A stretch of DNA of 41,840 nt from contig JYFJ02003434.1 in assembly GCA_000934665.2 (NCBI GenBank), forward strand, positions 1 to 41,840, read 5' to 3'. The translations under genes and the position numbers were made by a program. Shown here piece by piece: positions 26,444-38,371 of the stretch (within the stretch, counting starts at the first letter, position 1; each line of letters starts with the position of its first letter). Under the pieces are notes generated by a model that saw only the letters and a program-made list of their open reading frames with translations, ran no database searches and was not told where the DNA came from. Source of the DNA: Catajapyx aquilonaris (taxonomy: Eukaryota).

Positions 26444-28707
26444 TTTCTCGACATTTGACCGAAACACAGGGTGGTTACCTGTGTAAACTACCAAGAGCAA
26501 ACATTCCACCACTGACTTTTTCCCCCCGCCAAGAGCATGTCACATCTTAACTCTAACCTAGAACAAATCAAGAGAATGCGAATTTAAATTTGAAGGGAAT
26601 TATTAAAATGTCAATTTAGTGTGTACTTGAGTTACGCCATTGTGGTCCACAGTCATCCGTTCCCCCTCATACCCGGTTGTTTCTATTGGGCTTCTATGGA
26701 CAACCATGTTCAGCTCCTGAGATAAAGTTGGAAAAACACGTGAGCGGAAGCGCACGTCAAAACGCGGAAGTTTTCCCCTGGCAGTCGTGTTGTGATACAA
26801 GCCGATTTGTGTAGGCCTGTAACAGATCGCCAGAGCTCTCTCTCTGTCTGACTCGCGAATGAAAAGGCAGCATTTGGAAAATTCGGTGACCGATGCTAAT
26901 TTAAATTTGAAAGGCGTCTCGGCGGACGAAAATGAAATTAGTGTGGAGCCCTTGCTTCTAGTGATTAATCGGCTAATCAATCATGTACCTTCGTGCCGAG
27001 AGTTGGAGAGAGGAGGCGGGAGGAAGAAGGGCAGGGAGGGGGAGAGGAGATGGAAAGAAAGAAGGGGATGGGGCTCAAGTTGGGTGCTGTCATGGCTGGG
27101 GGCGGCTATCATTCTCACTCTATCACACTCCCCCCGCTGTTTTTCGAGCCACCCATGATATAAGTGTTGCAAAAAAAAAGAGTGCAAAAAATGGAGTGGA
27201 CGCGACGCGGTCATAATGACTGGGAGGCTTTTATTTCAAGGGGTCAGAACAGCTCCTTGACCTCTGGGATCCGGAACAATAGCGACTGGGGCTTCAAGTT
27301 GAAAGGGAAGATGGAGGCCAGGCTGGATTTATGGCGGATTTTGGAGTCCTGGGTCAGAGTGGTTGCTACCTGAGATAGGCTTAGGTGCGGCCGCAACGAC
27401 CCCATTTGACAAACGCCGTCTCCACGCCATTCCTGTCACGTGTTACTTGCCTGAGAGACAGTATGAAAGGAGAGCAGTGTCCCCTCATGTTAACCGAGGC
27501 CAAGCTGCAGGAGCCAGGCATGCGTCTCTGATGCCGAACACAAATGGCATTGGTGTGCGAGTGTGTGTAGAAGGTGTTGTAAATGCATGGGCAGGTCAGG
27601 TTTACTGGAGTGGTAACCACCTTGGAGAACGAAGGTACTGCGCGGCCTGTCAATTCCTCACGAACTTGTGAGTGCTGTAGTACGTTGGTCCAGTCGATTA
27701 GGCTACATAATGAGAAGGCCTTCTTCCTTAAGGGAAAGCATTGGCGTTTCTGATGGCGATGTGGTTCAAAATAATCAACTAGTCGTATAGTAACTCCTTC
27801 TGGTAATGACTGATTAATACCGTGTGACCAGCAAGGCAGTCGATGCTGCCTCTCGTGAAGGCCATAAGCTGTCTTGTAATCTTTGCAATACTTTAAGGAA
27901 ATGTTTCGAGAGAAAGATAATTCTTTTTGAAAATTTAGCCCTTCCTGTGTGTAAGTCAGCTCTTTATGCGTCCACCGTGTTTGGTAGTTTTATGTTATTG
28001 TCTCTTCTCGAACAGGAGTAGTTGGAATCGGTTAGGAGCATTTGAATTTGTAAATGCATGCAGGTAGTTGGGCTTATCCCTGAAGCCTTTTCTTCTTGCT
28101 ACCACCTGCACTCTGTTATCTTTTGGAACATTCTTGACACGATTATATTCAAAATGTTGCTTGTCTTGTGCCAGCAGTTTTCTTGTAGGTGATTGCCTCT
28201 TCTCGAGCGCATTACAAACTCTTAGCACCGCGTGCAAGGGAAAGGAGGGAGGGAATGCGCGAAGGCTTCTCAACTTGTTTATCGGGAGTTTAAACCTGGT
28301 AGCCTATTAATTACGGGTGGAAAAGGGAGAAGTTTGGAGAGCATTCAGATCGATGCCGCGACACCAGATCTACATTTAGTGGGTAAAGCAAGTCTCCTCT
28401 TCCCGCCACTGCATTTCCGACCCCGTAGCGCTAGCTGTCTGTCACTCTGCCGTGTCTGGAGTCTATAGTCATAGAAATGCTACATTAGGAGCCCCGAGAC
28501 CCCAGCTGCATTTGTGTGGTAAGGAAATAGTAAATGGCACGTGCGTGGTATTGCGATGGCGGCAGCAGCGACCAAGGAAGGAAGGGACGCCTGGTGTTGG
28601 AGAGGGAAGAGGCTGCTGCTGCTGCGGCGCTTGCGTTGGCATGATACAGAGCACTACAGAACAGGACAGTATCGATTGAGAAGCAGCGGAGAAAGGGGGC
28701 GGCAGAT

Positions 28708-28808
28708 GAGAGGAAGAGAGAGAGAGAGAAAAAAATAGGTAGAAGAGAGAGGAGAGAGAGAGAGGGAGGGAGGGAGGGGGATAGACGTAGGGGAGGAGGA
28801 AAGGGAGG
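28708..28808 (+). repeat. Polypurine GA/GGA-rich low-complexity tract
   Basis: Pure purine runs at 28708-28735 and 28741-28781 with (GA)n and (GGGA)n units. Confidence 0.9.
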
Positions 28809-29339
28809 CTGGGAATGAGTAAGAGGGACCCAGAGTGCTGTCGTGGAATGGCAATGAGGAGACGGGAAGCCCCAGCACAAGATGTAATTGTTATTCCGGC
28901 GGAGTGGAGGCCAATTACTGTACTTTCGCGAGAGGCAGTCGGCGGCAATAGTCGTGTGATAGTTCTCTCGGAATTTGCTCCATAGATGGCGGGAATAGGT
29001 AATGCCGTGTGGCCGCCGCCTGATCCCAGGCCACGATGCGATGCTATTTTGCTACCATGTAGTTTATACCGAAGGCAGGGAGGAGAGAGAAAGGGAGAGG
29101 AGACTCTAGGTGCCAGCACGGAGAAGCCTACACAGTGGTGAACTCTGTAGGGCGATACTGCTCTTTCCTGCTCCCGCAGCAGTGTAGCGGAGGGTTTGCA
29201 AAATTCTGGATCATTGCTTGGGCCAGGGTGGTTCATATGCGCGTTCGTATACTAGAACAATGGGAACACCAGGAATGGCAACAAGCAAACTCTACATGCC
29301 ATGGACTGCTGCCATTTATGACAATTAATTGAGAACTCG

Positions 29340-29850
29340 CATCCCATTCGACTTCAATTTGTTATCAAATATTACTGTATTAAATTCTGCACGTTTAACT
29401 TTACAGCAATTCTCAATTCGCCATTCACGTTGCTGAAGGTAAATTCAATATGACTGTTGCTCTGCAGATTTGGGGAGTGCATCACACTGTATAATGTATA
29501 CAGTATATTAACTGTGCAAGTAGGGATATTTTTCAATCTTTCCTCTACAGTCTACACCAATGCTCTTTCTCCATTTATTGCAGTGTTACATTTCATCGCA
29601 ATTGCACCGCTTAATCATTGTTTCAAAATTTCGTAATTCATCTCAGCATTGCATGGTGGCCCCGTTTAACTCCAATTCAGCTCAATTAATTTTCCAGTCC
29701 TTTTCATTAATTTTAATTCCCTTCTTATTTCATTCAATTCCATTCACGCCCATTCTTCAGTGAATTCAACTTCCTCGCATTCAATGCTTTTTAGTCCCCA
29801 GGAATGGGAATGGTGCAATTCACGAGCCAATTCACTTCTACCCACCACTG
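29340..29850. mobile_element. Probable decayed non-autonomous DNA transposon fragment with strand-biased ATTC subrepeats and one hAT-like end
   Basis: About 17 ATTC (mostly AATTC/CATTC) on + against about 3 GAAT in 500 bp. The pattern ends abruptly at CCCACCACTG (29841-29850; reverse complement CAGTGGTGGG, similar to hAT-type termini). No convincing partner end or 8-bp duplication found. Confidence 0.4.
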
Positions 29851-30699
29851 ATGCTTAACATACATAAATTGATGTCCAAAATAGAGACATTCCTTGTTCA
29901 TTAAACCAGAGATTGGTAGTGGTGTCACAAGCCATTAATTGTTAGCTTCACTATTGACATTGTTGACAGTCATTGTTGCCCATGATGACCTTACTGCTAT
30001 TCTCCGGTTGAATCAATAAAATGAGGAGATTCGTGCTTCGTAATATCTTCACCTGGCGGTGCTTGTAAAAGTGCTCATAAACGCATTCGTTTTCCTTTCA
30101 TAAATTGACACTCGGAGTAATAACGCAGACCGGATTACATGTCCTGGAAGCAAAGGTATTGTCTGGAAGGCGCTTCAAGTTAAAGACCTCGTTGCCTTTT
30201 GTGCAGCTTCAGCTCCACTGTTACTCAGTGGGGAGTGCGGAAATAGGATTTAGTGCAGTGAAGTGCAAGCTCGAGTTTGGTATATACCCAGACAGAGTAC
30301 AGTGTCATTCGACTTTCTTCGCCGACAAGATCCGTTTAGTAAAAGAGTCTCCTCGCCCTTGAAGGGTGACAAACCTTTCAATTGGCTCCGTTTCCACCCC
30401 CTTCCCTCATCCTTCTGCGACGTCCCGTTTGTCACTAATTAGAAGGGTAAGGGATGACAAGGGGAGAAAGGGGAAGACTCGGAAGGTTCATTGCTGCTGA
30501 AACTCTTTTTAATTTCCTTTCACGCTCGGCTAGCTCGATTCCACCCTTCCTCCGTTTCTTTCTTTCTCTCGCGCGCCCATCCTCCTCCCTCTCCCTGGGT
30601 ACAGGAAGACTACGAAAGACAGATAAGGAAGCTCGTTCCATTTAGCTTTTTATGACACCTCCAGAGACGAGCATATGTACCGGGAAGGGTTGGAGAGAA

Positions 30700-30724
30700 G
30701 AGAGAGAGAGAGAGAAAAAAAAAA
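30700..30724 (+). repeat. (GA)8 microsatellite running into poly-A
   Basis: Read directly. Confidence 0.9.
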
Positions 30725-31068
30725 TGTCTAATCGCCTTCCAGTCGTAAATATGGCTCTTTTCCCTGCTCTAAGCGGACATGTCCCAGTTAAACGTGATAA
30801 GTGAAAAAAAGGGCTGGGGAGATAGTGACGAGTGGAGCGATGGAGGGGATGAGGAGTCCCATGATTGAGTCGGATTCTGCTCGTAAAAAGGGGAAGAAAT
30901 TTTCCAGCCCCTTATTTTCCTTTCTTTGTCATGCCCCCTCTCTCCCTTCTGCCACGGGATGCAGTATTTGTTTTAATCACAACTTTCTCCCAGATAATGC
31001 GGTCGTCGTTGAAGCACGAAAAAGGGAGTCCTGTAGCAGCAAGTGAGGGAAAGGCAGGCAGGGAGAAA

Positions 31069-31088
31069 GAGAGAGAGAGAGAGAGAGA
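31069..31088 (+). repeat. (GA)10 microsatellite within a longer purine-rich tract
   Basis: Read directly; followed by (GACGGAGA)-like units. Confidence 0.9.
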
Positions 31089-32940
31089 CGGAGAGACGGA
31101 GAAGTGAAGAGAGAAGATTTTGATGAAAGAGCTTTCGAAGGTTGAATAAAAGCGACATTTTCCTTCCCAGAGGGCCCAGGAATGCCCTATAGATATTTCT
31201 TCATTCTTGGGCGACCCGCCTGGCGTGTGCCTCCCTTAATTGGTTTCCGAGCCGAAAAGGGAAGAAAGAGGATCTTTTCCTTCTCTCTCTTTCTCTCTTA
31301 CTTTTTTTTGGACCCGCTCAAAGAGGGGAGAGGCTTGAGGGAAGCTTTGAATAGAAGTGCGTCTAGCAGGACAAAGTGGTCATTTGTCAATTTAACTATC
31401 TCTAGGCGAGGTGTAGCCAAGTCGCACGCCTGCCTTTCTGCGGCGAAACGTTCTTAATTCACACTGGTTTCATTTGAGAAGGAAGTTATACAGCATGTCT
31501 TCCAGTGATATTGTATGTTACTTGCTGGAGGGCATTAGATATCGTAATGGCCACAGGTTGTTATTGAAGAAACTCCCGAAATTGCATGAATACATTATAT
31601 CAGAAAATATCTACTGCGTACAACAGAGGCCAATCCGCTTGTCTGATGGAGGATTAAAGTTGCGTGTGAGGTAGGGGTTCATTCACCCTTCTGTGACGTA
31701 GAGCTTCTTTCGAGGCGTCTCGGGCTTTAAATTTTGCCAGCTTGCTATGGTACATGACTCCTGCAATTTATCTGGCAATTTTTGTTGCTGACAATGAGAC
31801 TGCTTCGTTAGTTCGTCGAGTCAAATAATATCTTGGATCAAAATTGATAGGTATTATGAATAAGGGGAAAGGGGAGTTTGGGATCTCCTTGCTCTGAAGT
31901 TTAAACTGAAGGGCGGGTTAAGCCTTGTTGATGCAAAGGCGATACTAAAAAAGAGAGAGAGAGAAAAAAAGAGAATAGTGGCACCATTTTGTGATCGTGC
32001 TTTGTCGAAGTGAATAAGCTCGCCCTTTCCACCTCCCTGCTCCCCACCCACACCCCCTTCCCCCCACTTAGCACCCTCCCCCCTTGAATTATGCATTTTT
32101 GCATTCTGAAAAGGTTGCTTTATGCGAGCCATCCATACGGGTGTCAAGCGCTGGGACCTTTTATGGCAGCATTCCCCAAATTGAAAAACACAGTTACATT
32201 AAGTAAATGGAAGCACGCTCTTCGACGGGCCGCCATCAGAGTCTCTCGACCAGTTCGCCGGCCTTACGTGAAATATGACAGCGTTTTTGGCCCTCACAGG
32301 CTGCGCTCTTTCATCCCCACAAGGACACTCTATTTCACACAAATCCTCTCACCTCACCCCACCCAGCCTGCAAAGCCAGAGGAATGTGTACTACTCAAAC
32401 TTATTATTGCCATGAGAACTGCCTCGAATGAGTTCGAAACTGAAATCTCTCGTTAACAATTTCTCCTAAAACTCTACTCCCAGTTACTTCAAACATTTGG
32501 GCATCATTCCACATCACATATGGTCACGCCAACCAAATATTTTGATATCATGTCCTTTCTGGAAGGTATAATTCAGTAGACTATTATAATTCATCTGCTA
32601 GTATACAGATGCTTCGGGTTGTCAGTGACATATATTTTTGTAGGAACATGTGTTGACAATGGACCGCGTAATGCCAGATCTGTCCGCGCCAACCTGAACG
32701 TCAGTACCCCCAATAAGTGGCTAGGGCAGTGTTTGTTTAGTGGAAAGTGTAATCGCCTTATCAGTTTTTATACTGCAGCTTCAAATCATGTGCTGTCATC
32801 ATGTAATGAAATTAATGCTCGCTGTAGTGGAAATAAAGAAGATGAAAATCCTTTTATGACGCTGCACATGAGCGTATACAGACAGTACACCGTCCATATC
32901 TCATAAGAGGCACTGGATTTTTTGTTTTCTGGTTGAGGAC

Positions 32941-33135
32941 CAGCTAATGCACTGTAGCTTTCAGGTAATGTTCTATTTAGCTAACTTGTGTGGATTATCA
33001 AGCAAGCTAGTGACACAATCACTTAAGAGCAACACGTCTCGTATTGCTCTTAAGTAATTGTGTCACTAGCTTGCTTGATAATTCACACAATTTAGCTAAA
33101 TAGAACCTTACCTGAAAGCTACAGTGCATTAGCTG
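32941..33135. repeat. 195-bp foldback inverted repeat (96-bp arms, 3-nt spacer), possibly a palindromic MITE
   Basis: 32941-33036 is the reverse complement of 33040-33135 with 5 substitutions and no indels; spacer TCT at 33037-33039. Confidence 0.95.
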
Positions 33136-33757
33136 CAGACCAGTTTATGACAGTATGACACCAAGCAAATGTTGCTTGATTGTCTCGAAATGAAGGGTCA
33201 TAATATGGACAATTTGGACTGACACACCTCTGTAATGTGCTTCGTTATTCATTGGAAGAATATTTAGGGACACACACGGTTTTGTGTATTGATCATGTTT
33301 TTGCACACAAATGTTTTGACGTCACTTCCTAAACGACTGTTACTGTGAGTTTCCATCGTTATACTGTAAGCCTTAACAAATTATGAGTGGTTATGAGACG
33401 TATGGAGGGGGGGAAAAAAGGGCCATTTGCAGGTTGATGCGTGTTTGAACTAGCACTGTAGCCTGTGTGTACTTTGTTATATGCATATATCTCACTCACG
33501 CACTCCCTCCATTCTTTTCCATTATAGTGGGCTGTAATTTCATTACTTGATTTCCAGCTATTCCAATCAAGAGCGCGGATGATGACTCTTCGTAACGAAA
33601 CCTCAGGGATGCCCCTAGTGAGGTTTCCAATCTCGGCATATTTATGCCCTATTAAGGTCCGCAAAAGGAATGCGCGATATTAAATCTGATTCTCCGCCGC
33701 AACAAGCCAGGGTCTCCTTCACCCATGAGAGCGAACGATGGAGGGTAGGGCGGTATA

Positions 33758-33778
33758 GGAGGAGGAGGAGGAGGAGGA
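33758..33778 (+). repeat. (GGA)7 microsatellite
   Basis: Read directly. Confidence 0.9.
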
Positions 33779-34191
33779 AGTAAAAAAAGAAACCGGCGGT
33801 AGGTTAGCTTTTCTCCTCCGACACGTAAGAGGAGGGTTTCATCGAGATAATAAAGAGAAAACTGTCCTTCTGACTACCTTGGAGATAAGTTTCAGCGAGA
33901 AGGCGGGGGAGGGTGGGGTGGGAGGAAGGGGGACCGAAATGAAACTGAGGCCTGCGCCGAGGAACTTTATCTTTTCATTGCGCCACTCGGAAGATTGATG
34001 GCCCTGCAGAAAGAACCTATAGGAAAATATGTTCTCCGGGAACGGGCGGAGAGGAAAAGAAGTATAGCCAAGGCGGCATAAGGAGAAGAAGTAAGAGAAG
34101 CGAAGAACGGAGGAGGGTGGAGGGGATTTTGGGGGGAGGGGGTTGCAATTTTTAAAGCCCCAAGGTGCGGCCGAAGTAGGCCTATAAACAG

Positions 34192-34193
<2 letters not shown>

Positions 34194-34224
<31 letters not shown>
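34194..34224 (+). repeat. (GA)15 microsatellite
   Basis: Perfect dinucleotide run, read directly. Confidence 0.95.
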
Positions 34225-34226
<2 letters not shown>

Positions 34227-36881
34227 GCGCATGGGGGTGAGCTTTGTAACCTCCCAAATTCCCATCTCATATACCTTTGCAAATTTCATAACCTCGTAAT
34301 TATGTCCCAAGGTTCCGCGTGGTAATGGACTCCATATCAAACCATTACCCCTAGTGTCAGAAGTTAATTCATTACGGGAGGTCTCCGAATGGCCTGAATG
34401 CGCTGCGTTGTGGTGGCTGCTATATAATGGTAGCTGGTGCTTTTGCAGGTGCCAGACGCGGTGCGATACGCGGTTCTTTTTTCCCCCTCTCTCTAGTTCT
34501 CACTCGCAGCACTCATTAATAAGCCATGACGTATTCACCTACTTCCCCTACGTGCATGTTTCGGGCACTACATGTGTTTACACTGCTAGTGAACTCAGAG
34601 AGAGTATATTGAGATTTTTTTTGCGTAGGCGGTGGAGTTGTAATTTTTTTATTGAATGGCTGGCATGGCAGTTGCAGTCAGAAAGGATCCGTATCCATTT
34701 GACAGGCGAACAATGAGCGAGTTATATCATGGGTGGGGATGGAAGGGGGGGGGGAGGGGGTGGCTGCCGTTGTGGTTTTGCCGCATGGTAGAAGCGGACG
34801 TCCGTGGTACCAGGTAGTATTATAGTTGCGGGGATCCAGTGTGTGTTGGAGCGATTATTGGGGGTCGAGGATTGATGGCGGTCAGTTGGGCAGAGACTCG
34901 CTTCTTTTCAGGCTCCCATGGAAATTTGGTCAAGTGAAGCTACACGCAATATGTGAGCCGAATGACAAAAAAAGAGGCCATAGATTACTATTAACGGTTA
35001 GGAAGGCTGGTCGTACAGTGCTGGCATAATATAGAGTTGCAGCGAAACGTCGAGTCTAATAAAAATTTTATTATTATTGTACGCGGGCTATCATGAACTG
35101 TACTCATTGCCCTTTTTTGTGCTACGAGTGATGCACAGCAGTAAAGCCACTTTTGGCCTGCATGGGGAATCGTAAGTGAACCAAATGTCGGGGAGCACGG
35201 CGTCTATAGAGATGGTTCGACCCAGCACTGTACGCACATACGCACGTATGCTCTCTTGTGCGTCACGCGGCCATGCGTACGAGGGCCAGTACATGTGGAG
35301 ACCACTAATGTCCGTATGCTGCTACAGGGACAGAATGCGGCAAGTGGCATCTGCCAATCACTGACTCCAGTATATAGCCTTATGGTAACTCGAGTTCGGG
35401 AGACTTGCACATGATGATGCAATGCTCTTCTCTACAGTTCAGAAGAGGGACAGGTGACAATGTCATCCAGGGTGGATCGTCAAGTCCCATTCCGTAGGTT
35501 GAAACAACTATAGTGTACAGTTGCTTAAATGTTCATGCTAAATATGTAGAGCCTTTTAGTAGAAACACGCGCAACTACTTAATGTTGTACAGAACATGAC
35601 GTGTATCACTGCAGATGAACTTACTTTGTAGCTTCGTAATCGTGCTTCGTCAATGGAACATGAACAATGTTAAAACTGTTAGCGTGATAGGAGCAATAGT
35701 TGAGAGTAATTCTAAGATTTTACAGATTTAGGATTTTAAGCAATTTTAGGCACCTCCTTATTGTAGGGGATTTTACGCTCACCCTGTGTATTGTTTACTT
35801 CAGATTAAAGAGAAGAAATCAGTCTGAATCAGCAATCAGGGCCATGCTCACTTGTAATTGTTGCTTTCAACGTTTGCTTCTTATTAAATGGGTTTCGGAG
35901 GTAAACATTACATAACTTCTCCCCCGCCTCCGTTGTTTTGCTGTGAACTTGGGAAGTGCACCACCCTACGTACACTGTAATACTTGCAGCAAACTTTCCT
36001 CTTATAACAACATCACCATGATATTTCACGGTGCATGGGGTGGACAGCTATCAAGACGCCCAAGTTAATTATAGGGCTAATATAGTTAAATTCATGGCAC
36101 AATGATCAATATTCCTTGCAATAAAATACACGAAACATTATTATATTTTAAACTTTTTCAAGTTTTGGAACTGTCGTGCACTTACCTTTAATGTTAGCGA
36201 TAAGTAATGTCGTTGTACTGAAACGAAGGGACAGGACAATTGCACGCAAGTGGTGAGCGGCTCTTCCAGTGGAGCATTCCAATAAGCACAACTTTATTTC
36301 CTTCGAAGATTATGTCACAGTGTCTCCGTTTAGAAGTCGCATTGGAATAGCGCCAATCGTTGATGATCACCGATTGTCATTATTTTAGGTGCGGTAGGGA
36401 CAGTTATTTAATGTTTTCGAAAGAGTATATTCCAACAGTGAATCTTTCGTCATAGATCTATACTAGAGAGAAGTACTTGTATGCACACGGTGAAGGGGTC
36501 ATTCTGCGTGGCATTTTTTGAGCTGATACGCGTGAAAATTCTACGTAACGCGCAATTAGACACTATAATAACTTTATTCCTGGAGGCAATAGGTGTAACG
36601 TGCTACATTGGCTGTTGTGTCAATAAGTCGGAATATTAAGTCCAGTAAATATTGGATTTACAGTGCAGCGGTTAATTGCAGAACGAATCAATAGCTGTTT
36701 TGGACGGCAGTGTAATTGCCGTTGTTACATGCATGACTTACACGCCAACTAGCGAACGCCAGGGGGAGAGAGAAAAAAAATGCCTCGATGTTATTTTATG
36801 CAAATGCGACTGTTATGGTGGATCTAGACCGGGAGGTTGCGTAACGTGCAGCAGCAGGGAGGTCGGTGGAAAAGCAATCCT

Positions 36882-37170
36882 CTCTCCCCGGAACGAGCTG
36901 ACGGTCAGATTGCCCGGACAGGAATATCCGGGGCTATCATAGCAGACTTCTCCATCCTCGTCGCTGGAGGCACTAGGCGCCGAGCCCCGGATTCCTGCTG
37001 CCATCCCATTGGATTTTTGTCCGGGGTCTGCGCAGCTAGGTCGAGGGCCCGGATTGGGTCGCGGGGACGCAGGCGCCCTTCGTGCCCCGCGGTCATGCCA
37101 GGTGACGCCGGGGCGCCAGTCGGGAGAAACTACCCGGACCGAGAGGGTCACTCTCCCGCTCTCCCGGAAC
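36882..37170. promoter_or_regulatory. GC/CpG-rich block with homotypic CCCGGA motif cluster (candidate cis-regulatory module)
   Basis: CCCGGA or its reverse complement at 36887, 36913, 36927, 36986, 37020, 37048, 37133 and 37163; three GGCGCC in the same block. The regulatory role is inference only. Confidence 0.3.
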
Positions 37171-38353
37171 CACACACTCAGCTCAATGAATTGGGATGAA
37201 TTACACTAAACTGGTCATATTACTACATCACCTGTGTTGATTCTGGGGAGGAGGGAAAAAAATTATTGCATGAGGAGTACACTGTAGTAATTTCTGCCGG
37301 TGCATAAGGGTGCTAATGTGGGTATGCTTTGCATAGGAGGAACTATCCAATAATTCCGGGAGCAGTTATACAGTATACTCTCGCTGTTTGTGCAGAGTTT
37401 TTTTTTCTTCTTCCCCAGCCTCCGGTACCCATTAACGCACGAGTCAGGCCTTTCATCTTCATACTGTGCGAATGACGTCTAGCTACCTGACCGAAATGAA
37501 TTTGTTATTAATAATACATGCGGCTCTATACAGTGTCTGTGCGAGGGTTAAATGGAGTCTGACGACCACGTACGGTGCCCTTGGATTCTCAGTTAACAAA
37601 ATTAATGCACTGGAGCGCATTGAGGCCAGTCCCTTGGGCCACCAGGGGGCTTATCCTTCGCAGAAGCTTTCATTAAACGTAAAAGGCTGTGCTGGGGAGA
37701 ATGGTGGTAGTGCTGCTGCTGCTGTTGGTGATGAGGATGGTATGGAGTAAAGAGGAAGGGGAGAACCATAACGTGTCGATTCTACAAAGTGCACACTTGC
37801 ATTGCTCGGCTGGCGCATATTTTGCTTCGATCCGACATTATTTCCTAACCCTACAGGGCCATTGTGAAATTTATCAACATGATTGTGGCGAGTTGGGGTT
37901 GGAATGGGTTTGTAAAACTGGACCTAGCTATGTGCGTGTACGCACAGGGTGGTCGGGAGAGATTAATTTGACGAATTCAGTTCTTGCGCGGGTGTTTCTT
38001 GGGATCCGCATGGAAACTGCACATTCGAATGACACGTCACGTATTCCCTGACCTGTCAGCTGTAGTTTGGGGTATAATATACAGGGCGATTCGGTGGATC
38101 CTGTAAATTGCGACAATACATTTTAGCTGCATTATTCAGTAGTCCCAGGTCGGCAAAGTGTCATTGTGATTTAAATGAATCTACAGTATAGTTGTGCACA
38201 TAATACAGTATATACAGATTGGCACAATGTATCATGCACACTACTATAATGCAATTTAGAAATGAAATTTAACATTGACACGGATAATTGTGTGCGAATT
38301 TTTAAATTGGGTTCTGTACGTCATTCTCAAAATATGCTTTAAACGTGCTTTGT

Positions 38354-38371
38354 GGGGGGGGGGGGGGNNGG
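38354..38371 (+). repeat. Poly-G homopolymer (G14) with NN
   Basis: Read directly; N at 38368-38369. Confidence 0.9.

Noticed and set aside
28469..29236. Longest ORF (255 aa, minus strand)
   Set aside because: It runs through the GA/GGA purine tract, giving Ser/Leu/Pro low-complexity sequence; no recognisable domain; overlapping ORFs in other frames look equally arbitrary.
35154..35223. GGTTCGACCC B-box-like motif with a possible upstream A box
   Set aside because: The A box is poor, the spacing is long and no tRNA stems form.
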